From Lysobacteraceae bacterium (GTDB lineage: Bacteria > Pseudomonadota > Gammaproteobacteria > Xanthomonadales > Xanthomonadaceae), in the NCBI GenBank assembly GCA_036404915.1, contig DASWYO010000014.1:7155-71154 (forward strand): a stretch of 64,000 nucleotides of DNA, given 5' to 3'. The notes under the pieces were generated by a model. That model saw nothing but the letters and a program-made list of their open reading frames with translations, did not search any database and was not told the origin of the DNA. How positions within the stretch are numbered: the first letter of the stretch is position 1; the number at the start of each line of letters is the position of its first letter. Shown here in pieces: positions 38,804-48,879 of this stretch. The translations under genes were made by a program, and so were the position numbers.

Positions 38804-39315
38804 TCCTCGCCGTCGACGTCCACTACACCGAGCCCGGCGCCGTCGCGGCGGGCGTGTGCTTCGAAGGCTGGAGCGATGTACAGCCGGCGCGCGCGTGCAT
38901 CAGCCGCTTCGATGCGGTCGCGCCCTACGAACCGGGCGCGTTCTATCGGCGCGAACTGCCGTGCATCCTCGGCCTGCTGCGCGAGCACGACCTGCAGCCG
39001 GACATCATCGTCGTCGACGGCCATGTCTTCTTGGACGAGGACGGCAGACCCGGCCTGGGCAAGCACCTCTTCGACGCCCTCGACGGTCGCGTGCCGGTGA
39101 TCGGCGTGGCCAAGACGGCCTTCGTCGGCATCGGCGCGGATCACGAGGTACTGCGTGGCGACAGCGCGCGTCCGCTCTATGTCACCGCCGCGGGCTTGCC
39201 GCTGCAACGCGCGAAATCGCATGTCGGCGCCATGCACGGCCAGCATCGCCTGCCCACCCTGCTCAAGGCCGCCGATCGCACTTGCCGAGACGCCTGTCGC
39301 GACGCTGCGCGCTGA
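38800..39315 (+). CDS. nfi: Endonuclease V (short type)
   Basis: AVDVHY, YEPGAFYRRELP, VVDG.V.L, PGLG.HL, IGVAKT, PLYVT. Confidence 0.88.
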   Translation: MILAVDVHYTEPGAVAAGVCFEGWSDVQPARACISRFDAVAPYEPGAFYRRELPCILGLLREHDLQPDIIVVDGHVFLDEDGRPGLGKHLFDALDGRVPVIGVAKTAFVGIGADHEVLRGDSARPLYVTAAGLPLQRAKSHVGAMHGQHRLPTLLKAADRTCRDACRDAAR

Positions 39316-39684
39316 GCGCAATGCCGCATCGAAAACCGGGATCAGTTCCGGATCAGTGACGCATCGGATCGCGCCTCGCGCGTCGCCATCGATCGCACCG
39401 GAACCGCTGTTTTCAGGCACGAATGCCGCCAACAGCGGCATCACGGACGAAGCTGCAACATCAGACAGGTCCGCTTGACTTCCACGCCAGCGCGGACGAC
39501 CGTGGCGTCGTCAACGCGCAGGGGATGCGCGCTCTGCAGGAGAACGGACTCCCGCGATGAACGCACGACGCCACGCACGACATCACGCTTGCCGCACTCG
39601 CGACACCGGCCATCCACGCGCGGATGTCCGGCGCATCCGCGCACGCCCGCCGCACCCCGCTTCGCACGCTTCCCGGAGATCGCC

Positions 39685-41436
39685 ATGACCCGCAGCTCAC
39701 GCCGCAGTACTGGCCGCGCCGCCACGCGGCAGCCGTTCACCGTCGCCGACTACCTGCTCACCCGCCTGAAACAGCTGGATGTGACCGACGTCTTCCAGAT
39801 TCCCGGCGATTACGTGAAGCACTTCACCCAGGCCCTGGAGCATTTCGACGGCATCCGCACCATCGGTGCGATCAACGAACTCGACGCCGCCTACGCCGCC
39901 GACGCCTACGCCCGCACGCGCGGCCTCTCGGCGGTGTCGCTGCAGTTCGGCGTGAGCACCTTCAGCGCGCTGAACGCGGTCGCCGGCGCCTGGGTCGAGC
40001 GCAGTCCGATCGTCGTCATCAGCGCCACGCCCGGCGCCGATGCGCGCGACATCACCGACATGTACGACGTGCTGTATCACCACTCCACCGGCGACCTCGA
40101 CGCGGACCGCAAGGTCTACGAGAACGTCACGGTGAAGGCGATCACGCTGTCCACGAACGTCGGCGCGCCCGAGCAGATCGACGACCTGCTGGTCGAGGCG
40201 CTGACCCACAGTCGCCCGGTCTATATCGCCTGCTACAAGGAAGTCTGGGGCCAGCCCTGCCCGAAACCGCCGAAGACACCACTGAAGCCGCGCGTCATCC
40301 GCAGCCCGGAGGCGGCGCTGCGCAACGCGGTGGACCAGGCCTGGACGCAGATTGCGGCCGCGAAGACCCCGCTGATCCTTGCAGGCGTGGAAGTGCTGCG
40401 CTTCGGCCTGTCCGGCCTGCTGCAGAAGATCATCGATGCCAGCGGCTTCCTCTACACCACGACCACGCTCGGCAAGACCGTGCTGGACGAAAAAGGCGAC
40501 AAGTTCATCGGCACCTACTCCGACGCGGCATCGATCGACAGCGTGCGCAAGACGGTCGACGCCGCCGACTGCGTGCTGGCGCTGGGCTCGATCATCACCG
40601 ACGACTACCTCGCGCTGGTCGAAGGCAAGTACGCGCAGATGGTGCTGGCCGACACCGCCGGCGTGCGCGCGGGCTACTTCAAGTACGGCGACGTGACGAT
40701 GCGGGACTTCATGGAAGCCCTGCTCGCCCTCTTCAAGGCCGCCAAGGGCTATCCGATCAAGGTCAAGGCGCCGCCGCAGCCGAAATACCCCGAGCCGTGG
40801 AAGTCGAACTCGGACCCGGTCTACGACGACAGGCCGGACATCATCACCTACAACCGCTTCTTCCAGCACTCGATGAAGTTCCTGCATGACCAGGACATGC
40901 TGAAGGACATCGTGATGACCTACGGCGTCAGTTGTTCGATGTACGTCGCAACGAATGCCTACGGCCTGAAAAAGGGCAGCTACGTGTCGTCGGCGGCGTG
41001 GCAGTGCATCGGCTTCGAGACGGGCGCGGCCAGCGGTGCGCAGCTGGGCAGCGGCAAGCGCGCCTGGACCGTGGCCGGCGACGGCGGCTTCATGATGGTC
41101 TGCCAGTCGCTGTCGACGCTGGCGCGCAACAAGCTCAATGCGGTGGTCTTCGTGATGAGCAACCAGGTCTACGCGATCGAGCAGGTCTACGTGGACATGG
41201 ATGCCTTCCTGCCCGGCCCGCAGCACACGTTCGATGCCTTCGACATCCTGCCGAAGTGGGATTACCTCGCGCTGGCGAAGGCCTTCGGCGCCGAGGGCAT
41301 CCGCGTGGAAACGGTGGCCGAGCTCAATGCCGCGCTGAAGCGCATCAAGGGCATCCGCGACCGCCCGGTCCTCGTCGAAGTCGTCATTCCGCAGAAGGAC
41401 CTGCCGGGCCAGATGTACCGGCTCGGCAGCGAATGA
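39685..41436 (+). CDS. ThDP-dependent 2-keto-acid decarboxylase (PDC/IpdC family)
   Basis: TVADYLL.RL, PGDY, NELDAAYAADAYAR, HHSTG, GDGGFMM...N..YAIEQ. Confidence 0.9.
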   Translation: MTRSSRRSTGRAATRQPFTVADYLLTRLKQLDVTDVFQIPGDYVKHFTQALEHFDGIRTIGAINELDAAYAADAYARTRGLSAVSLQFGVSTFSALNAVAGAWVERSPIVVISATPGADARDITDMYDVLYHHSTGDLDADRKVYENVTVKAITLSTNVGAPEQIDDLLVEALTHSRPVYIACYKEVWGQPCPKPPKTPLKPRVIRSPEAALRNAVDQAWTQIAAAKTPLILAGVEVLRFGLSGLLQKIIDASGFLYTTTTLGKTVLDEKGDKFIGTYSDAASIDSVRKTVDAADCVLALGSIITDDYLALVEGKYAQMVLADTAGVRAGYFKYGDVTMRDFMEALLALFKAAKGYPIKVKAPPQPKYPEPWKSNSDPVYDDRPDIITYNRFFQHSMKFLHDQDMLKDIVMTYGVSCSMYVATNAYGLKKGSYVSSAAWQCIGFETGAASGAQLGSGKRAWTVAGDGGFMMVCQSLSTLARNKLNAVVFVMSNQVYAIEQVYVDMDAFLPGPQHTFDAFDILPKWDYLALAKAFGAEGIRVETVAELNAALKRIKGIRDRPVLVEVVIPQKDLPGQMYRLGSE

Positions 41437-41491
41437 ACCGCACCGCCCTTCCCTCACTGCCTTTCCCCTCAGCGACAGGAGCGATCCGACC

Positions 41492-43519
41492 ATGACACGG
41501 AAGACCTATTCGATCTTCGGCGCCGGCGCCGCCGGCCTCTACACCGCCTGGCGCCTGCTGCAGGGCAAGGCCACGAAAGCCGGGCAGTCGAAACAGCTGC
41601 GCAAGGGCGACGTCCTCGAACTCTACGACTGGGGCCGCTACGACTTTTCCAAGCGCCATCGCGGCACCCGCGCCGCCGGCGCGCGCATCTGCACCTGGCA
41701 CTACCGCAACGACCCCGGCCAGTCCTATGTCGAACTCGGCGGCATGCGCTATTCCTTCTGGAACCAGCATCCGGGCAAGGATGCGCCGGAACCGAACGGC
41801 GGCCTCGCGCCGGGCCATCGCGTGGTGACCAAGACCATCGAGCTGCTCGGGCTGGACAAGTATTCGGTGCCGTTCAACGTCACCGGCGACCAGCTGTTCT
41901 ACCTGCGCTCGCGCAATTTCTATCTGAACGACATCACCTCGAACAATCCCGCGCCCTACGCCGCGAACAACTTCGATGCATCGACCACGCCCGACCAGGG
42001 CTTCAACACGGTGCAGGACCTGGCGACGACCAAGCCGTGGGCCGACTTCACGCGCCGCGACTGGTGCAAGTTCTACCAGGACGGCGAAATCACTGCGGAA
42101 CTGCCGTCGTCGAGCGTGTTCCAGAAAGGCGACCATCTCAAGGACATCGGCTACTGGAACCTGCTCTACGATCAGCTCGGCCAGGAAGGTTTCGAGTACG
42201 CCGCCGACGGCAACGGCTACAGCTCGAACGTCATCAACACCCATGCCGGCGTGTCGTTCAACATCAACAACGAGTTCACGCCCGGCAGCCAGTATCGCAC
42301 GCTGTCGATCGGCTACTCGGGCATGTTCAACGCGCTGTTCGACGAGATCGAAAAACTGGCCAAGGCCAAGGGCATCGAGTTCCGCTACCACCCGGATACG
42401 CGGCTGCATTCGATCCTGTGGAAGGACGGCAAGGCCGTCTTCACCTATGCCGATCGCAGCGACCCGAACATCGCCGCCGGCACCCGCGAGGCCGATGCGG
42501 CGTGGATGGCGATGCCGCGCGCGGCGATCGACCTGGTCGCGCAGGCCACGCGCTTCCGCGAACCGCCGAAGGGCGCGGTGGACGTGCTCAACCACGACAA
42601 GGTGTCGCTGTACCTCGAAGCGACGATCATGCAGCCCTCGTACAAGGTCGGCATGTTCTTCGATGCGCCGTGGTGGGCGCCGGACGTCGACAATCCCCCG
42701 GCGTATCCGGCGAAGATCATCGGCTACACGATCACGCCCGAAGACATCGCCGCGCTGAAGAAGCAGAAGTTCCCGGCCAACGCGCTCAAGGCGATGGCCA
42801 CGCTGGTCGACGTGCCCTACACCTCGGTGGCGGACATGGTCGCGGCGATCGAGAACATCACCGAGCAGCCGCTGGGCATCGCGCAGACCAAGGCGCTGGC
42901 CGCCGCCACGCGCAACGACACCATCGGCCCCAGCGTCAGCAATTCGCCGATCCGCATGGTGGTGTACTTCGGCGACAACGCGCCGCAGGCGCAGAAGAAA
43001 CCGATCTACGGCATCCTGGCCAGCTACGACGACGAGGACAACACCGCGTTCTGGCGCGAACTGGAGCTCGGCCCGAACCGCAACCGCACCATTCCGTGGT
43101 CGCAGGACACCCAGCCGCTGGACGGCCCGCGCACGGTGCCGCCGCGCATGGTGAAGATGCTGCGCAAGATGCTCGCGGAGCTGCATTTCGGCCCGAACGC
43201 GGACTACAGCGCGGTGCCCGAGCCGCTGGACTCGGCGTACATGGACTGGTCGCTGCCGCCGTTCAACGCCGGCTACCACGAGTGGGCGCCGCACTACGAC
43301 ATCGGCGACGTGCAGCGGAAGATCCGCAAGCCTTCATTGCTGTCCGGCGGCGCGGACGCCGACATCTTCATCGTCGGCGAAGCGTATTCGAACGATCAGG
43401 CCTGGGTGGAAGGCGCCTACTGCACGGCCGAATCGGTGCTCAACGACTTCTTCGGGATCGTGCCGATCATCGACGACCGCCAGTACCCGTTCATCTGCCC
43501 GGAGTCGAGCGCGACCTGA
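41492..43519 (+). CDS. Flavin monoamine / L-amino-acid oxidase family protein
   Basis: IFGAGAAGLYTAWRL, GARI.T, ELGGMRY, C-terminal IVGEAYS..QAWVEGA; no signal peptide. Confidence 0.85.
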   Translation: MTRKTYSIFGAGAAGLYTAWRLLQGKATKAGQSKQLRKGDVLELYDWGRYDFSKRHRGTRAAGARICTWHYRNDPGQSYVELGGMRYSFWNQHPGKDAPEPNGGLAPGHRVVTKTIELLGLDKYSVPFNVTGDQLFYLRSRNFYLNDITSNNPAPYAANNFDASTTPDQGFNTVQDLATTKPWADFTRRDWCKFYQDGEITAELPSSSVFQKGDHLKDIGYWNLLYDQLGQEGFEYAADGNGYSSNVINTHAGVSFNINNEFTPGSQYRTLSIGYSGMFNALFDEIEKLAKAKGIEFRYHPDTRLHSILWKDGKAVFTYADRSDPNIAAGTREADAAWMAMPRAAIDLVAQATRFREPPKGAVDVLNHDKVSLYLEATIMQPSYKVGMFFDAPWWAPDVDNPPAYPAKIIGYTITPEDIAALKKQKFPANALKAMATLVDVPYTSVADMVAAIENITEQPLGIAQTKALAAATRNDTIGPSVSNSPIRMVVYFGDNAPQAQKKPIYGILASYDDEDNTAFWRELELGPNRNRTIPWSQDTQPLDGPRTVPPRMVKMLRKMLAELHFGPNADYSAVPEPLDSAYMDWSLPPFNAGYHEWAPHYDIGDVQRKIRKPSLLSGGADADIFIVGEAYSNDQAWVEGAYCTAESVLNDFFGIVPIIDDRQYPFICPESSAT

Positions 43520-43535
43520 TCGCGAAGAGGTTCCT

Positions 43536-43601
43536 GTAGAGCGGAGCTTGCTCCGCTCGTGGCTCTCGCGAAAAGCATGAGCGGAGCGGGCTCCGCTCTA
43601 C
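43536..43601. repeat. GTAG-type REP doublet (family A)
   Basis: GTAGAGCGGAGCTTGCTCCGCTC with inverted GAGCGGAGCGGGCTCCGCTCTAC. Confidence 0.9.
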
Positions 43602-43620
43602 GGAATCGGGGCGGTGGATT

Positions 43621-44946
43621 TCACCGCTCCGCCATCAGCGCCTCGATCTCGTCGGCGCTGCGCGCCAGCGTGTCGGTCAGCACCTGGTGGCTGTCCTTGG
43701 TGACCAGCACGTCGTCCTCGGTGCGGATGCCGATGCCGCGCCACTTCTCGTGCACCGAGGTGTCGTCGCGGCCGATGTACAGGCCCGGCTCGATGGTGAA
43801 CACCATGTCCGGTTCGAGCAGGCGGGACTCTCCCTCGATCCGGTATTCGCCGACATCGTGCACGTCCAGGCCCAGCCAGTGCCCGGTCTTGTGCCGGTAG
43901 AAACGCTTGTAGTCCCCGCTGGCGATGTTCTTCTCCAGCGTGCCCTTGAGCAGGCCCAGCCGCAGCAGGCCCTCGGTCAGGGTCTCCACCGCGGCATTGT
44001 GGCCGGCCTCGTAGGGCACGCCCGGACGCGCCTGCGCCAGCGCTGCGCGCTGCGCATCGCCGACCAGGTCGTGCAGCGCACGCTGCTCTTTCGTGAAACG
44101 GCCGTTGACCGGGAAGGTGCGGGTGATGTCGGCGGCATAGCTGCGGAACTCCGCGCCGGCGTCGATCAGCACCAGGTCGCCGTCCTTCGCCTGCGCGCGG
44201 TTGTCGCGGTAATGCAGCACGCAGGCGTTGTCGCCAGCGCCGACGATGCTGCAGTAGGCGGGCACGCCGTCATGGCGGCGGAACACGCGCTCCAGCTCGG
44301 CCTGCAACTCGTATTCGTGGATGCCGGGCCGGGCCGCGCGCATCGCGGCGACGTGCGCCTCGACGCTGATGTCGGCCGCGCGCTGCATCAGCACCAGTTC
44401 CTCGCGATCCTTGAACAGGCGCATCTCGTCGAGCAGGTGGCCCAGTTCGAGGAACTCGTGCGGCGGCTGCGCGCCGAGACGGACCTGCGCGCGCACGCGG
44501 TTGAGCCAGCCGATCAGCTGGAGATCGAATTCCGTGTCGCGGCCGAAGTGGTAGTACACGCGGCTGCGGCCTTCGAGCAGTCCCGGCAGGATCTCGTCGA
44601 GGTCGTCGATCGGGTAGGCATCGTCCATGCCCACGGCATCGACCGCGCCTTCCGGACCCACGCGCGGGCCATCCCAGCCTTCGCGCTCGGGATCGCGCTC
44701 GCGACAGAACAGCAGGATCTCGCCGTGCTTGCGGCCGGGGATCAGCACCAGCACCGCATCAGGCTCGGCGAAGCCGGTGAGGTACCAGAGGTCGGAGTCC
44801 TGGCGGTAGGGGAAATGGGTGTCGCGGCTGCGGATGCGCTCCGGCGCGGACGGCACGATGACGATGGCGTCATCGCCGGCCATGCGCATCAGCTGGCGAC
44901 GGCGGCGGGCATAGGTGCGGGCGGAAATGCCGGTGTGGGTGCTCAT
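43621..44946 (-). CDS. pepP: Xaa-Pro aminopeptidase (aminopeptidase P)
   Basis: YRQDSDLWYLTGF.EP, LIDAGAE, DITRTFP, HWLGLDVHD, IEPGLY, GIRTEDD. Confidence 0.95.
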   Translation of the reverse strand: MSTHTGISARTYARRRRQLMRMAGDDAIVIVPSAPERIRSRDTHFPYRQDSDLWYLTGFAEPDAVLVLIPGRKHGEILLFCRERDPEREGWDGPRVGPEGAVDAVGMDDAYPIDDLDEILPGLLEGRSRVYYHFGRDTEFDLQLIGWLNRVRAQVRLGAQPPHEFLELGHLLDEMRLFKDREELVLMQRAADISVEAHVAAMRAARPGIHEYELQAELERVFRRHDGVPAYCSIVGAGDNACVLHYRDNRAQAKDGDLVLIDAGAEFRSYAADITRTFPVNGRFTKEQRALHDLVGDAQRAALAQARPGVPYEAGHNAAVETLTEGLLRLGLLKGTLEKNIASGDYKRFYRHKTGHWLGLDVHDVGEYRIEGESRLLEPDMVFTIEPGLYIGRDDTSVHEKWRGIGIRTEDDVLVTKDSHQVLTDTLARSADEIEALMAER

Positions 44947-45004
44947 CGGCGGTGTCGGGCTCGGTAGCGGCAGGCGCGGTGGCGGCGGGCTCGTGGAGGC
45001 AGGT

Positions 45005-45565
45005 TCAATGCAGTTTGCGGCGGTGCTGCGCGGCCATCGCGCAATCCCCGTGCAGCAGCAGGGCGGCGACGCGGACGAATTCCTCGATCTCGGCCAGCGC
45101 GGCCTCGTCGTCTTCGTCGCCCTCTTCCTGCGGCGAGGCGGCGGCCAGCCGGGCCAGGTCGCCCAGGGCTTCGCTGCTTTCCTCGGACAGCGGCGGCTCG
45201 GCGCCTGCGGACAGGCCGAAGCCACCGAGGAAACCGCGACACCAGTCGAACAGGGCACTGCTGCGCTCGACCAGGGGCGCGTCGGATTCGGGCACCAGCA
45301 GGTCGAAACCGAAATCGCGGTCGGACAGCTGCGCCACGCTGGCCGCGCGCAGGCGGTCCAGGGCGCTGTCCGCGACCGGCGCGGCGAGGGTGTCGTCGGC
45401 CATCACCTGCGCCAGCCAGCGCGGGGAGTCGCTGCCGCCGCCGGCGAGCCAGCCGCAGAGCGCGCCGTGCAGTTCGGACGCCCCCACGCCCAGGCCCATG
45501 GCGCGCGCCGCATCCTCGATCTCGTACAGGCCCGGCAGGGAGGAACTGGGCAGGGAAGCGGACAT
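45005..45565 (-). CDS. UPF0149 (YgfB/YecA) family protein
   Basis: SELHGALCG, WCRGFLGGFG, EIEEFVRV; position upstream of pepP. Confidence 0.9.
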   Translation of the reverse strand: MSASLPSSSLPGLYEIEDAARAMGLGVGASELHGALCGWLAGGGSDSPRWLAQVMADDTLAAPVADSALDRLRAASVAQLSDRDFGFDLLVPESDAPLVERSSALFDWCRGFLGGFGLSAGAEPPLSEESSEALGDLARLAAASPQEEGDEDDEAALAEIEEFVRVAALLLHGDCAMAAQHRRKLH

Positions 45566-45693
45566 CGCGGGCTCGCAGGATGGAGGTGCGGGCAGTCTAT
45601 CAGGCGCCTGCGCCGCGATCGGCCAGGGCCGGCCGGCATGCGGCGGCCGGTGCCCTGCTAGACTGCCGCCTTCTACCCAGCCACGAGGCCCGC

Positions 45694-47907
45694 GTGCTGC
45701 TTCCCGCGGAACTGCAAGTGATCGCCCCGCTCGCGCTGGCGACCGTGCTCGGCCTGGTGCTGCTGGTCGTCTGGAACCGGCGGACCCGTGCCGAAAAGCA
45801 TCACGTCAACCAGATCCGCGAGCGCGAGGAACGGCTGAAGCTTGCCCTGTGGGCCTCCTCGGAGCAGTACTGGGACTACGACCTCCGCACCCGCCACATG
45901 CACCGGATGTGGGTCGACACCCGCAGCGTCGCGCCGGAACTGCGCGTACTGACGATGACCGAGAGCGACCATCGCATCCACCCCGACGACCGCGCGATCG
46001 TCGAAGACCGCATGCGCCGCCACCTGCGCGGCGAGACCGAGCTGTTCCTGTCCGAGCACCGCGTGCTGGATTCGCACGGTCAATGGCTGTGGGTGCGCGC
46101 CCGCGGCCGCGTGGTCGAGGTCGGCGCCGACGGCCGCGCCCGCCGCATCGCCGGCACCGCGCGCGACATCACCCGCAGCCGCCAGGCCGAACGCGAGCGC
46201 CGCATCGCGATCTCGGTGCTGCACAGCATGAACGAGGCGGTGGCGGTGCTCGACCGCGACTTCAACTTCGTCTCGATCAACCCCGCCTTCACCCGCACCA
46301 CCGGCTACACCGAGCGCGAGGTGCTGGGCCATGGCGCCAACCTGCTCGACAGCACGCGCCATGACGTCGTGTTCTATGGCAAGGTTCGCCAGAAGCTCGC
46401 GAACGAGGGCCACTGGACCGGCGAGATGTGGCAGCGCCGCAAGAACGGCCAGGAATTCCTGTGCCAGGTCGAATCGAGCGCGACCGAAGGCATCGCCGGC
46501 GAACAGCGCCTGTACGTGGTGGTGATCTCCGACATCACCCAGCAGAAGCGCGCCGAGCAGGAACTGCGCTACCTCGCCAACTTCGACACACTGACCAACC
46601 TGCCCAACCGCGCGATGCTCTCGGAACGGCTGTCGCGCGCGATCGTGCGCGCACGCCGGCAGAACCACCACATCGCCGTGCTGTTCCTCGACCTCGACCG
46701 GTTCAAGGACATCAACGACTCGCTCGGCCACACCGCCGGCGACCGCATCCTGCGCGCCACCGCCATGCGCCTGCAGGACACCGTGGGCGAGCAGCAGACC
46801 GTCGCGCGCCTGGGCGGCGACGAGTTCACCGTGGTGCTGGAGAACCTGGCCGACGCCTCCGAGGCCGACCGCGTCGCCCGCGAGATCATCATGGCCTTCG
46901 AGGCGCCGCTGGTGCTGGACGACCGCCAGGAAGTGGTCATTTCCCCGTCCATCGGCATCAGCCTCTACCCCGACCACGGCCAGGTGCCGACCGAACTGCT
47001 CAAGCAGGCCGACACCGCGATGTACCAGGCCAAGGCCGCGGGCCGCCGCACCTTCATCCGCTACGACGACAGCATGGACGTGGCCAACCGGCGTCGCGCG
47101 CAGCTGTCCGGCGCGCTGCACAAGGTGCTGGACCGTGGCGAGCTGCGCCTGGTGTTCCAGCCGCGCCTGTCCCTGTCGGCGCAGCGCATCACCGGCGTCG
47201 AAGCGCTGCTGCGCTGGGCCAGCGAGGAATACGGCGAGATCCCGCCGAACCAGTTCATCCCGCTGGCCGAGGAAAGCGGCCTGATCCTGGGCATCGGCGA
47301 ATGGGTGCTGCGCGAAGCCTGCCGCACCCTGCGCCAGTGGCACGACGCCGGCATGACCTCGCTCAGCGTCGCGGTGAACGTGTCGGTGCTGCAGCTGCTG
47401 CGCGGCGATTTCTCCGAGATCGTGCGCCGCGTGCTCGCCGATACCGGCGTGCCGCCGCAGGCCCTGGAGCTGGAAGTCACCGAAAGCGTGCTGATGGCCA
47501 ACGCCGAGCAGGCCGCGGCGAAGCTGCAGGCGCTGCGCGAGATGGGCGTGTCGCTGGCGATCGACGATTTCGGCACCGGCTACTCCTCGCTGGCCTACCT
47601 CAAGCGCCTGCCGATCACCACGCTGAAGATCGACAAGACCTTCATCACCGACCTGAACCGCGACCCGGACGACACCGCGATCACCACCACGGTCATCACC
47701 ATGGCCCACTCGCTGGGCCTGACCGTGGTCGCCGAAGGCGTGGAGACCGAGACCCAGATGCGCTTCCTCGACCACTTCCGCTGCGACGAGATCCAGGGCC
47801 ACTGGCTGTCGCGCCCGGCGCCGCCGGCCGAATGCCTGGCATTCATCCGGGCCTGGGTGCCGGGCGTCTCCACGGGCAGCGAGGAGGGCGCGGCCGACCG
47901 CGCTTGA
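45694..47907 (+). CDS. Membrane-anchored PAS-PAS-GGDEF-EAL protein
   Basis: N-terminal TM, two PAS domains, RLGGDEF, VEALLRW, DDFGTGYSSL; start approximate (GTG). Confidence 0.92.
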   Translation: MLLPAELQVIAPLALATVLGLVLLVVWNRRTRAEKHHVNQIREREERLKLALWASSEQYWDYDLRTRHMHRMWVDTRSVAPELRVLTMTESDHRIHPDDRAIVEDRMRRHLRGETELFLSEHRVLDSHGQWLWVRARGRVVEVGADGRARRIAGTARDITRSRQAERERRIAISVLHSMNEAVAVLDRDFNFVSINPAFTRTTGYTEREVLGHGANLLDSTRHDVVFYGKVRQKLANEGHWTGEMWQRRKNGQEFLCQVESSATEGIAGEQRLYVVVISDITQQKRAEQELRYLANFDTLTNLPNRAMLSERLSRAIVRARRQNHHIAVLFLDLDRFKDINDSLGHTAGDRILRATAMRLQDTVGEQQTVARLGGDEFTVVLENLADASEADRVAREIIMAFEAPLVLDDRQEVVISPSIGISLYPDHGQVPTELLKQADTAMYQAKAAGRRTFIRYDDSMDVANRRRAQLSGALHKVLDRGELRLVFQPRLSLSAQRITGVEALLRWASEEYGEIPPNQFIPLAEESGLILGIGEWVLREACRTLRQWHDAGMTSLSVAVNVSVLQLLRGDFSEIVRRVLADTGVPPQALELEVTESVLMANAEQAAAKLQALREMGVSLAIDDFGTGYSSLAYLKRLPITTLKIDKTFITDLNRDPDDTAITTTVITMAHSLGLTVVAEGVETETQMRFLDHFRCDEIQGHWLSRPAPPAECLAFIRAWVPGVSTGSEEGAADRA

Positions 47908-47938
47908 CCCCCGGCGGGCGGCTGCCTATCGTGCCGAC

Positions 47939-48163
47939 ATGGAAACCGGTCCCGACATGATTGCCGAACTGCGTGCCCTGGCCGCCAAGGTCGAGACCCT
48001 GGCGCAGCGCGTCCAGCGCCTCGCCGAGGAAAACCGCAGCCTGCGCGTGCAGCAGGAGCAGCTGGCCAACGACCGGTCGCAACTGCTGGCGAAGAACGAG
48101 CAGGCCCGCTCCCGCGTCGAAGCGATGATCGCGCGCCTGAAGTCCCTCGAACAGCACACTTGA
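47939..48163 (+). CDS. TIGR02449 family coiled-coil protein (ZapB-like)
   Basis: L.EENRSLR...LLAKNEQARSRVEAMIARLKSLEQ; upstream of zapA. Confidence 0.88.
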   Translation: METGPDMIAELRALAAKVETLAQRVQRLAEENRSLRVQQEQLANDRSQLLAKNEQARSRVEAMIARLKSLEQHT

Positions 48164-48173
48164 GCCCGTCTCC

Positions 48174-48461
48174 ATGAGCGAAGCGGTCAACATCCGCATT
48201 CTCGACCGCGAATACACCGTCGGCGTCGATCCCGAACAGCGCGACAGCTTGCTCGCGGCGGCGCGCATGCTCGAGAACAAGATGCGCGAAGTGCGCGGCA
48301 GCAACCGCATGGCCGCCGTCGACCGCGTCGCCGTGCTGGCGGCGCTGAACCTGGCGCACGAGCTGGAAATGATGCGCAACGAGCAGTCCGCCCGCGAACG
48401 CGAGATCGTGCGCACGCTCGCCGACATGAACCGCAAGCTCGACGCGCTCAGCGGCGAGTGA
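48174..48461 (+). CDS. zapA: Cell division protein ZapA
   Basis: IRILDREY, DRVAVLAALNLAHEL. Confidence 0.93.
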   Translation: MSEAVNIRILDREYTVGVDPEQRDSLLAAARMLENKMREVRGSNRMAAVDRVAVLAALNLAHELEMMRNEQSAREREIVRTLADMNRKLDALSGE

Positions 48462-48547
48462 CGCACGCCACAACGCGCTTTTCGCCGCGTTCCATGCGTG
48501 GAACACACTTCATGCGCATTCGCTGAATGCAACACGATCAGCGGTGC

Positions 48548-48575
48548 TTGCGCTTCGTGTTCGTCGACCTATACT
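48548..48575 (+). promoter_or_regulatory. Sigma70-type promoter of 6S RNA
   Basis: TTGCGC-N16-TATACT a few nt upstream of the RNA 5' end. Confidence 0.65.
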
Positions 48576-48581
48576 GCCCGA

Positions 48582-48770
48582 GCGTCCTCTGCCGTGAACG
48601 ACGGCGCGCGCAAAACATTCGCCTTGGCCCTTAAATACGACCACGGGGGCGCAACGGAATCCGGGTGTGCATGTCCGCCTCGCAGCGGGAAGCCCGATGG
48701 AAGCCAAGCGTCCCCACTTGAACCCCGGGTTCAAGGTCGTTTTCGCGAGCATCGGCATGGCGGAGGATGC
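48582..48770 (+). ncRNA. ssrS: 6S RNA
   Basis: Ends pair (GCGTCCTCTGCCGTG / CATGGCGGAGGATGC); conserved CTTGAACCCCGGGTTCAAGG; canonical position between zapA and ygfA. Confidence 0.93.
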
Positions 48771-48810
48771 ATTTTTTTCCGCGACGCGCGGCCTCACCGC
48801 GCATCGCCCG

Positions 48811-48879
48811 CAAACCCGTGCCTTGGCACGGGTTTTGTCTTTTGTGCTCCGTGCCTTGGCACGGGTTTTGTCTTTTGTG
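48811..48879 (+). terminator. Tandemly duplicated intrinsic terminator
   Basis: CCGTGCCTTGGCACGGGTTTTGTCTTTTGTG occurs twice (48816-48846 and 48849-48879). Confidence 0.85.

Noticed and set aside
39316-39684. Possible riboswitch or ncRNA upstream of the ThDP decarboxylase
   Set aside because: No TPP-riboswitch CTGAGA core or other recognisable conserved structure was found
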